NCBI GenBank assembly: GCA_964543525.1
Contig: CAZIYW010000001.1
Span: 19,734-83,733, forward strand
Source: an uncultured Fibrobacterota bacterium
Lineage (GTDB): Bacteria > Fibrobacterota > Chitinivibrionia > Chitinivibrionales > JANQEN01
Direction: 5' to 3'
DNA: 64,000 nt
In this document: positions 39,863-47,899 of the stretch, in pieces
Layout of the letters: the number at the start of each line of letters is the position of its first letter
How positions within the stretch are numbered: position 1 is the first letter of the stretch
The notes under the pieces: model-generated
What the model was told of the DNA's origin: nothing
Database searches by the model: none
The model's input: only the letters and a program-made list of their open reading frames with translations
Translations under genes and position numbers: made by a program

Positions 39863-41372
39863 TTAAATATCGTGGTATTACAACACACCGTATAAAAAAG
39901 ATTACAACACTGAGTAATAAAATCCACAGTCCAAAGGCAACAAACGAGTTAACACCGGCGCCGCACATACCAACCGGCCATATATCAAAACACTCTGTCC
40001 GCAGACTTTCCCATTCAGGAAGGTTATTACCCGCAAAAATCAGTCGGACAGTATTGACCAATTGCCCGGGAAACAGTTCAGCGTGCAGCCAGACTGGTGC
40101 GCTGAAGAGAGTATTTGAATTATCCCACATCGCTTTGGCATAACCGTACCTGTTTACCAGTATCTCCTGGACATGATGATAATTCACTAAAGTGCTTAAC
40201 AGGGATACGGCAAATCCGATTATGCACATAATTTTAAAGGCTGTAAACAGTTTTTTATTCTCAAACGGAATATAAAAAACCGGCAGCAGCAGAAACAGAA
40301 ATGTGGTATACAAATACCGATTTGCCCAGCACCAAGAGTTGGCACCCATGGCAACTATAACGAGCTGCATTATCCCGGCCGCAATCAGCATCTGTAAAAT
40401 AAGCGGTGGAAATTTTCTTAAAAACAGCGCCGGCGGTAACAGCAGCAATAACGGACAGACCCAGAACCAGTGAACGCGGCCGAAGGAGATATGGGTACGA
40501 TACACTGTTATAAGATATGAACCAGCAAAAAACCTGTGAAACAGGTCCCGTATGCTTGACGAACCGGATACCAGTATTGATGCACTTTTCCCGGCGCTCC
40601 GGCCGAAATAACCGAAATTGAAAGGCGAACCGAAACGATAGTAATTAAACCATATATGCGCGAAGATTACCGACCCAATTATGATTAACGGTAAAATATA
40701 CCTTTTCCATTCCCGTTTATTCTGCAGGATATCCACGAACAAAAAGCTCAGGAAAAACACAATAAACTCAATACGAATAAGTGAGGCAAAAAAAGAACAA
40801 GCCGCCCAGAGTATCCAGGGTCGAACTGATGAAACCTTATTTCTACCGGTCGCCAGAATGGTGAATCCCAGAAGCCCCCAGCATAATGCAGCCGGCTCGT
40901 TCCAGCCGGTACTGCTGTATTGAAGCATTTCCGAACAGAATACCGCGACAGCGGCAAAAATAAAAGCATCCCGTTTTGATTTACCGAGTCGAAACAGCAG
41001 AATAAAGATAAACGATCCTGATAAAGCAGTATACAAAAGGTTGCAGCCCGAAACGAATACACTCTGCACAAATTCTGGTAATGGCGCTCCCGTTATTTGG
41101 GACACTATTTCGTATACCAGAACCGGCGGTAACATCATGAGAATTGACCCTAATGAAAAATGGGGATAGGTTTTACCGCTTTCAACGGGAATGCCCCAAG
41201 CACCATGATAACCGGACACCTCGAATGAGTCTTTTGTTAATAGATTTCTTGCAGACTCAATTTTCGACACCGTATCGTTTGAATAGAGATGCCCGGAATA
41301 AAAAATCAGTAATGCGAGGATAAACCAGACACATACAATGATCCAGTCAGGTAGATTTCTTAATCGCTCCAT
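39849..41372 (-). CDS. GT-C-like polytopic membrane protein
   Basis: 507 aa and highly hydrophobic throughout. YSNDTVSKIESARNLL follows TM1. It lies downstream of a polyprenol-phosphate-type GT2 and a small membrane protein. Confidence 0.5.
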   Translation of the reverse strand: MERLRNLPDWIIVCVWFILALLIFYSGHLYSNDTVSKIESARNLLTKDSFEVSGYHGAWGIPVESGKTYPHFSLGSILMMLPPVLVYEIVSQITGAPLPEFVQSVFVSGCNLLYTALSGSFIFILLFRLGKSKRDAFIFAAVAVFCSEMLQYSSTGWNEPAALCWGLLGFTILATGRNKVSSVRPWILWAACSFFASLIRIEFIVFFLSFLFVDILQNKREWKRYILPLIIIGSVIFAHIWFNYYRFGSPFNFGYFGRSAGKSASILVSGSSSIRDLFHRFFAGSYLITVYRTHISFGRVHWFWVCPLLLLLPPALFLRKFPPLILQMLIAAGIMQLVIVAMGANSWCWANRYLYTTFLFLLLPVFYIPFENKKLFTAFKIMCIIGFAVSLLSTLVNYHHVQEILVNRYGYAKAMWDNSNTLFSAPVWLHAELFPGQLVNTVRLIFAGNNLPEWESLRTECFDIWPVGMCGAGVNSFVAFGLWILLLSVVIFFIRCVVIPRYLNEQG

Positions 41373-41378
41373 TATCCA

Positions 41379-41960
41379 TCACCGTTTAATAATTATCAGC
41401 CAGCCTGAACAGTCGCTTAACTGCCTTACAGTCCATACAATAAGCGTCGCGCCCAGTATATAAATTGGCATACTGTACCGGATACTTGTCATGGCCTGAA
41501 TAAACAAGATTTCCATGAACAGGCTCTGGGCCATGAAGATACCCATAAGAATTAACGGCAGTCTTATTTTCCGGGGTACTTTAACAAATACTGAAAATGG
41601 AAGTACTCTAAGCAGCAAAGGACCGAAAGTATTTCCCTGATGCCGCCCTGGAAAAACGGAAAACGTCCATGGCGCGGCCGCTATTCTGCCGGCAATATTG
41701 ACCAGCCGGTAGCACCATCCCGAATTACACGCAACACCCATGGGGCCGGCCAGGTCCTGATCGGCTATGGGAGAATGGCTGATTGACAAAATTGAGCCGT
41801 TATACAGATATCCGGACGCTGTATAAATAAAAAACAGCACGGTTACGGTTACTATACTTAAAAGAATCGATACAGCCATTCGGGAAGCCTTACTGTGTAC
41901 GAACCATAGGGGAACCATTTGGTTATAAACTGCAACAATGCGACACAAAAAATAATGCAA
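41379..41960 (-). CDS. small polytopic membrane protein, function unknown (candidate lipid-linked sugar flippase)
   Basis: The track start 41960 is a TTG. In-frame ATGs are at 41918 and 41879 (MAVSILLSIVTVTVLFF). It has several hydrophobic helices and no recognisable family. Confidence 0.35.
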   Translation of the reverse strand: MHYFLCRIVAVYNQMVPLWFVHSKASRMAVSILLSIVTVTVLFFIYTASGYLYNGSILSISHSPIADQDLAGPMGVACNSGWCYRLVNIAGRIAAAPWTFSVFPGRHQGNTFGPLLLRVLPFSVFVKVPRKIRLPLILMGIFMAQSLFMEILFIQAMTSIRYSMPIYILGATLIVWTVRQLSDCSGWLIIIKR

Positions 41961-42002
41961 CTAATGCAACAATATATAAATAAAACGGGAAGCAGGATTT
42001 TT

Positions 42003-42944
42003 TTACGTTTCATACATACTTTCCAGTTGTTTTCTGCGGATCTGCTCATTGAGCCTTCTGTTTGCGGCAACAACATCCGCAAGCAATCCGAGGATGACAG
42101 CCTGAAATCCCGCTCCGGCCAGTACCGCCAGCAGTATCAATGACTGGATATGTCCGCCACCGGTCTGCAGGATGAAAAAGTAAAGGAAGCGTAGTCCAAT
42201 GAGGAAAGAACCGGTCAGGCAAATCAATCCGATGGTAACGAAAAATTTAAGTGGATGATACATCAGATATATCCGGGTCATGGTAATGACTGAACGTAAA
42301 ATGTACTGTCCGATATTATTAAACAGGCGGGATTTTCGCCGTGGTTTATTAATCGGTATTGTAACATGGGTAACCCGTAATTTTTTTGCCCCGGCAAGAA
42401 AAAGGCTCTCCAGGGTATAAGAAAATTCATCATGTATTATCATTGAATACATTGTTTCCCTGCTGAGTGCGCGGAATCCACTGGTTGCATCCTTTATTTT
42501 CACTCCTGAGAATATCCGTATAACCCAGGTACCCAGTCTTTGCAGAAGCATTTTCAGCGGTGAAAACGGTCTTGGTTTATACGAAAGCCTGTCCCCGACA
42601 ACAATATCAGCTTCTTTATTAACAATTGGTTTGATGATCTCCCGGATATACGACGATGGATACTGTAGATCGGCATCAGTATTAACAAGGATATCGGCGT
42701 TACGTCTTATCGCCACCTCAACACCGGCTGAAAAGGCAGCGGCAAGCCCCATATGACGCGGCAGACGAACAACCTCCGTTGCCCCGGCTTCCTTGGCAAC
42801 CGCAGCGGTGTTATCAACTGAACCGTCGTCTATGATAACCGTCTCAATGGAATCGATATCTTCCATAGTGACTGGAAGCGATCGCAACGCCTCGGTAATT
42901 GTTTTCTCTTCATTCCAGCACGGTATTTGAATTATCAATTTCAT
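42003..42944 (-). CDS. glycosyltransferase family 2, polyprenol-phosphate glycosyltransferase type with two C-terminal TM helices (GtrB/ArnC-like)
   Basis: Motifs include IQIPCWNEE, VIIDDGSVDNT and NTDADLQYP. The C-terminus has the helices FFVTIGLICLTGSFLIGL and SLILLAVLAGAGFQAVILGLLA. Confidence 0.85.
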   Translation of the reverse strand: MKLIIQIPCWNEEKTITEALRSLPVTMEDIDSIETVIIDDGSVDNTAAVAKEAGATEVVRLPRHMGLAAAFSAGVEVAIRRNADILVNTDADLQYPSSYIREIIKPIVNKEADIVVGDRLSYKPRPFSPLKMLLQRLGTWVIRIFSGVKIKDATSGFRALSRETMYSMIIHDEFSYTLESLFLAGAKKLRVTHVTIPINKPRRKSRLFNNIGQYILRSVITMTRIYLMYHPLKFFVTIGLICLTGSFLIGLRFLYFFILQTGGGHIQSLILLAVLAGAGFQAVILGLLADVVAANRRLNEQIRRKQLESMYET

Positions 42945-43085
42945 TTAGCATTGATCTCTAAAAAATCATTTATTTTCTGTGGCAAGCATGGTATTATTTA
43001 GTGTAATAGCAATAACTTAACTATTATTCTATAGTACCATTATTCATAACGGGTACGCAACAGATTTATCATTTTTACTTATAAC

Positions 43086-45284
43086 ATGCATACACTCATA
43101 CTACCAGCAGTTTTATTTTTCTGTATTATCCAGCTTACTAATTCACAGCCGACTTTTAAAATAACCTTGATTGATGGAACTGCTAAAGTACAGCGATCCC
43201 AGAAAAAGAGCTGGGAAAATATTGCGTTAGGTGATGAAATTGACGATAATGACATCATAGAAACCTTTTTCCAGACAAAGACAGTATTACAGTTCGGCGC
43301 TGAGAATGTTTTAATTCTGGGCTCAAACACCCGAGCATTATGCAATGTTAAGGAAGTGCAGCAGGATAAATACAAGGTCCTGGATGTTAATATTACTCTA
43401 TTTTCAGGAGGCGCCTTAGTTAAAATTATATCCGACAGCCGGGCCAGCATCTATACCGCCAATGCAGTTGCACAGATTGACAGCGGTACGATTTCTACCG
43501 TTGTGGAGGCAAAAACAGGACATACAGGTTTTCAGGTCCTCGGCGGCAAAGCACAGGTTCGCAATGTCGCACAACAGCAAGCCAAGAATCTGTCGTCCGG
43601 ATTGACAACTATTGTCCTGCCCGGTAAGGAGCCTACTGCCCCGCTGTATATTACCTACCGCCATGTTGCCGTGCTGAAACACTTCTTCGGGGATGATTAT
43701 ATTCAACGCCAGATTGATGAAGCGGGAATCGAACCGACTGAAGAACAGGCTGCGACGAATCGTTTGTCATTATCGGAGAATCTCGGTCTGAGTGAAGAGG
43801 AGCAGAAGAGTGGTATACAGAAGAGACTGTTTACTCAGAATATGATCTGGGGTGTAATTCTCGATGACAGAGTGAAAAAACTTAAAATCTATTCGCCAAT
43901 AGAAAAACCGCCCCGAGTCCATTCGAATAAAGGAGAGGTCGCATTCAACTCAACGATAGGAATTGCAGGAGGTTCAGCATACCCTATGTTCTTAATACTT
44001 CCCGCATTTTATTACCCTCGCTTTTCATTCGGTATAAAGCTGCCGCTGGCTAAATATGGCGACGGAAGCATGAAAATGAACTTCACTTCCGCTGCGGGTG
44101 TTTTTGATAAAATCCACCATCTTACCTTCGGAAATGTTGAGAAGAAACGGTATTTGAAACTCGGTCCCATCGAACATTATACGGTTGCAGAGGGACTGCT
44201 GGTAAACAATTTCAATAACAAGAACGTTTACACCGCAACGCAGCCGCTCGGTATCACGACAAAACTGGCGAACGACATCATAGATTTTGATCTGTTCATC
44301 GCTGATATTACAAACTGGTATGTCGGAGGTCTTCATTTCGGAATATTTCCCGGAAATGCATGGTTAGGTCTTGGATACTATTACGATGCGAACCAATTTA
44401 AAAGCACTGTTTCTTCAAAAAATTCGCGGTTTTTACCATATAAAATTATCGATAATATCGATAACATTGAACCCTCTGTTAAAGGGTATAAATCCAACAC
44501 CCATGTTTATGAGATCAATACCGGATTTTATCACAGTTTCAGCAGTGAATTATATTTGAAAGTTCTTTTCCAATTTGCCAGGAAATTTACGCGTTCATAT
44601 GGAAAAGGCTATATAATTAAAGGTCCTGAAATGTCTTTGGAAATGAGCAATTTCAACTTTGGTATCAGTTACATTCAGGAAAACGGCCCGCTTCTCCTCG
44701 GGCACTTCAGTTCGATGTATATGTCAAACAGGACAAGGATTCGAAAAATCTCCTCCTCCCTTGATACACTTTATTTTAACACACAAAACATGCTTTTTGA
44801 TGAGAGGGAAAGTTATGGATTCACTGGATTTTTTAATATGACACCGCGAAAGGGTATGGATATTCGTTTCCATATGCGGCAAGATTTTTTAACAAAATCA
44901 GATAATATCAATATCAATTATTTCACCGGTGATAGTATCACAGACACCACCGGTAAAGAAACAAACAGTTTTGATTTTGGCCTTTCATTTTCTATCAATG
45001 AAAAATTACTGAAACCGTTCAGGTATGCAGCCATCTACGCCAATCAGGTACATGGAGCTTATTACCCGCAAAATGGAACATACTTTACTTCATGGGGATT
45101 CAATGCCGGCTTTGATTTATTAACCGCCCCACTTTTCTTTAACATAGCACTCGACGCCGGACTTATCTTTACCTATCTGGATTTATACGATGAAAACGGT
45201 AATTTCGGTTTCCCGAACGATAACATTGACTCAGGCGACTATCTTTTCCAGTTTTACCTGGGATTAAAATGGGGCTTTCTATAA
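43086..45284 (+). CDS. exported FecR-domain protein with large beta-rich C-terminal region
   Basis: The signal peptide is MHTLILPAVLFFCIIQLTNS. Residues ~25-190 follow the FecR-domain pattern (GTAKVQR...W..IALGDEIDDNDIIET...TKTVLQF...GTISTV). The C-terminus ends in an aromatic-rich YLGLKWGFL. Confidence 0.5.
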   Translation: MHTLILPAVLFFCIIQLTNSQPTFKITLIDGTAKVQRSQKKSWENIALGDEIDDNDIIETFFQTKTVLQFGAENVLILGSNTRALCNVKEVQQDKYKVLDVNITLFSGGALVKIISDSRASIYTANAVAQIDSGTISTVVEAKTGHTGFQVLGGKAQVRNVAQQQAKNLSSGLTTIVLPGKEPTAPLYITYRHVAVLKHFFGDDYIQRQIDEAGIEPTEEQAATNRLSLSENLGLSEEEQKSGIQKRLFTQNMIWGVILDDRVKKLKIYSPIEKPPRVHSNKGEVAFNSTIGIAGGSAYPMFLILPAFYYPRFSFGIKLPLAKYGDGSMKMNFTSAAGVFDKIHHLTFGNVEKKRYLKLGPIEHYTVAEGLLVNNFNNKNVYTATQPLGITTKLANDIIDFDLFIADITNWYVGGLHFGIFPGNAWLGLGYYYDANQFKSTVSSKNSRFLPYKIIDNIDNIEPSVKGYKSNTHVYEINTGFYHSFSSELYLKVLFQFARKFTRSYGKGYIIKGPEMSLEMSNFNFGISYIQENGPLLLGHFSSMYMSNRTRIRKISSSLDTLYFNTQNMLFDERESYGFTGFFNMTPRKGMDIRFHMRQDFLTKSDNININYFTGDSITDTTGKETNSFDFGLSFSINEKLLKPFRYAAIYANQVHGAYYPQNGTYFTSWGFNAGFDLLTAPLFFNIALDAGLIFTYLDLYDENGNFGFPNDNIDSGDYLFQFYLGLKWGFL

Positions 45285-46141
45285 TGCCGTCGAATGAAAA
45301 AGACCGAATTGATACGATAATCAGCCAGGCACTTGCTGAAGATTTACACACCGAGGGAGATATCACCTCACAATCGATATTTGATAAAGATCATCAGGCG
45401 GAAGCTGTTATAAAAAGCAAAGAACCGGGAATACTCTCCGGGGTTTATTTAATCGAGCCTGTTTATTCTGCAATCGACAGCACACTCTTGATATCTCCCC
45501 TGATGGAAGACGGTGCTTCTCTGGAAAACGGTACAGAGCTATGCAGGATTCAGGGCTCGATCCGGAGCATTCTTGCCGGTGAGCGAACTGTTCTCAACTT
45601 CCTTCAGCGGTTAAGCGGTATTGCCACCCGGACGCATCATCTTGTATCACTTATCCCTGACAACCGTGTAAAACTTCTGGACACGCGAAAAACAACGCCT
45701 GGCCTCAGGCCGCTGGAAAAAAGGGCTGTTCTCGCCGGCGGCGGCTGTAATCATCGCTTTGGTCTCTATGACATGATTCTCATCAAAGATACACATGTGA
45801 AAGCCGCCGGAAGTCCTGCTGCGGCAATTCGTAAAGCAAGAGAGTACCCTAACAGGCATCCTGAAATAAAAATAGAAGTGGAGGTTCAGTCTTTGACAGA
45901 GTGTGCCGACGCAATTACTGAATCGCCGGATCGTATCATGCTGGACAATATGAGTATTGAAGACATGACTCACTGCGTGAAGAGAATCAGAAGAAGCGGC
46001 CTGCCGATTGAAATAGAAGCGAGTGGAAACGTTACAGAAGAGAATATACGGCCGATTGCGGAAACCGGCGTTGATTATATATCCTCCGGATCGCTTACCC
46101 ATAGTGTGAAAGCACTTGATATTCACCTTATTCTTCTTTGA
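45269..46141 (+). CDS. nadC: nicotinate-nucleotide diphosphorylase (carboxylating)
   Basis: QPRTase motifs include TRKTTPGLR, MILIKDTH, LDNM and EASGNV. An alternative ATG at 45284 overlaps the upstream stop (TAATG). Confidence 0.9.
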   Translation: MGLSIMPSNEKDRIDTIISQALAEDLHTEGDITSQSIFDKDHQAEAVIKSKEPGILSGVYLIEPVYSAIDSTLLISPLMEDGASLENGTELCRIQGSIRSILAGERTVLNFLQRLSGIATRTHHLVSLIPDNRVKLLDTRKTTPGLRPLEKRAVLAGGGCNHRFGLYDMILIKDTHVKAAGSPAAAIRKAREYPNRHPEIKIEVEVQSLTECADAITESPDRIMLDNMSIEDMTHCVKRIRRSGLPIEIEASGNVTEENIRPIAETGVDYISSGSLTHSVKALDIHLILL

Positions 46142-46161
46142 GAGAATATATTTTACCCGGT

Positions 46162-46932
46162 ATGGAATCAATCGTTTGTGCAATAGATATCGGCAACACC
46201 AATACGACAGCAGGCCTGGTTGATTGTGCAACGCTCACCTGTCGTGAAACTGAAACCGTCTCTTCGCGGAATTGTGTTGAGCATCTGCCTGCAATTGTCG
46301 AGAAGCTTGCGCGGCAGTATGATTTTTCATGCCGGTTTCCGATAAAAATCTGTACCGTGATCCGGTCACTTCAGGAAGAGGTCATTAAAAAACTGTCGCC
46401 ACTTTCATGCACCGCTTCGGTCAGTGTAATCTCCGTCACACCGAATCTGCCGGTAACCGTCGTGTACGACAATCCCGAATCACTTGGGACCGACCGGATT
46501 GCGAATTGTTTCTATTGTCAATTTAAATATCCCGATACCAACTGTATCATTATCGATGCCGGTACCGCTGTTACGATTGACATGTTTTCCGCCGACGCCG
46601 TATTTGAAGGAGGGTTTATCGTTCCGGGATATACTTTACAATTAAACGCTCTCCACACGGATACCGCAGAACTTCCCCAGATCACACCGTATGTAGACAA
46701 CGAAGCATTTCCACCCCACACAACACAATCATGTATTGCGCAGGGTGTAAGAATCTCACTTGCCGGAGGTATTGAACGCATTATTGGGGAAATTCGGAGC
46801 AAACGGCCCCACTATTCCACTATCGTCACATGCGGAGGTGGATGGAGAACCTTGCAGAATCTTGTTTCATTCAGCTATGATTACCAGCCGGAGATGACCC
46901 TTATCGGGACAGGGCTGTATAGAGACATCTGA
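46162..46932 (+). CDS. coaX: type III pantothenate kinase
   Basis: The track start 46138 is a TTG. ATG 46162 gives MESIVCAIDIGNTNT, and GTDR and IIDAGTA motifs are present. Confidence 0.85.
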   Translation: MESIVCAIDIGNTNTTAGLVDCATLTCRETETVSSRNCVEHLPAIVEKLARQYDFSCRFPIKICTVIRSLQEEVIKKLSPLSCTASVSVISVTPNLPVTVVYDNPESLGTDRIANCFYCQFKYPDTNCIIIDAGTAVTIDMFSADAVFEGGFIVPGYTLQLNALHTDTAELPQITPYVDNEAFPPHTTQSCIAQGVRISLAGGIERIIGEIRSKRPHYSTIVTCGGGWRTLQNLVSFSYDYQPEMTLIGTGLYRDI

Positions 46933-46964
46933 GAAGAAGCAATGCGGCCGTGTACAGCTTATGT

Positions 46965-47882
46965 TTATGGTGCAGGCGCCTGCTCCCCGTGTTTGTAAAT
47001 ACGCATTGTCGGGTAGGCAAAATCGATATCCGCTTCACGGTCAAAACGGCAAAGGATATTTCTCGATACCGAGTCATTCAGCGTTCTTCTCTCCCGCACA
47101 CGAACCATATATCTCAGCGCCAGTTCAATGCCGGAATCTTTTATAGATACATACACTTTGGGGGTTATATAATTAAACCGGAGCAGATAATCCCGTTTTA
47201 CTCTCTTGAGACGCTCCTTGATTTGATCCTTAATCTCTTCAAAATCTTTCATCGCGATTTCATTTATTATCGATTCAGCTTTCTCCCAGTTGGATTCAAA
47301 GGTAATAAGCACGCGAATCTCATCCCAGATAAAGTCATATCCCTTTGTATAGTTATACACTTCCTGCCCGATAACCATACTGTTTGGTATACTAATCAGC
47401 CGGCCGGTCGACTGATCCGCCTGGACCCACCCCCCTATTTCCGCAATAATGGTGCGTACAATGCCGACATCTATCACATCTCCCATAACGGTGCCTATCT
47501 TGATCCGATCACCGTTCTTAAAACCTTTACTTGAGATAACAACCAGCCATCCCACAAAATTTGAAAAGATATCGCGCATTGAGATGGCGATTCCGGCAAT
47601 AAGGATACTGATAACAAACAGATAGAAAGGTGTATCCTCCTGGATATGGGAATTATACAGAATAAGGACCCACATTACAATTAAAAAGATTGTTATATAC
47701 CGGGTCCATTTATTAATAGCTAATTTCTTTTTATCTTCCTGGATATACCGGTTAACTGTGCTTGAAACGATATGGCCCGCCAACAGAATCAATCCGGTTA
47801 CTATTACCAGACCCACCGCTTCCTGCTGAATGAAATTCAGAAACAACCGGTATAAAGACTGCCAATCAGGCGAACTGTTCAT
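46965..47882 (-). CDS. mechanosensitive ion channel family protein (MscS-like)
   Basis: Three N-terminal TM helices are followed by the MscS beta-domain signature GDRIKIGTVMGDVIDVGIVRTII. Confidence 0.8.
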   Translation of the reverse strand: MNSSPDWQSLYRLFLNFIQQEAVGLVIVTGLILLAGHIVSSTVNRYIQEDKKKLAINKWTRYITIFLIVMWVLILYNSHIQEDTPFYLFVISILIAGIAISMRDIFSNFVGWLVVISSKGFKNGDRIKIGTVMGDVIDVGIVRTIIAEIGGWVQADQSTGRLISIPNSMVIGQEVYNYTKGYDFIWDEIRVLITFESNWEKAESIINEIAMKDFEEIKDQIKERLKRVKRDYLLRFNYITPKVYVSIKDSGIELALRYMVRVRERRTLNDSVSRNILCRFDREADIDFAYPTMRIYKHGEQAPAP

Positions 47883-47899
47883 CTGATGCTACTCTCCTG

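Noticed and set aside
43079-43450. 123-aa minus-strand ORF at the 5' end of the FecR-domain gene
   Set aside because: It is a shadow ORF opposite a gene with a clear signal peptide and domain pattern.
45647-47534. Two 194-aa ORFs (45647..46231 minus, 46950..47534 plus)
   Set aside because: They are antisense to nadC/coaX and to the MscS-like gene respectively. These are typical shadow ORFs with biased, motif-free translations.
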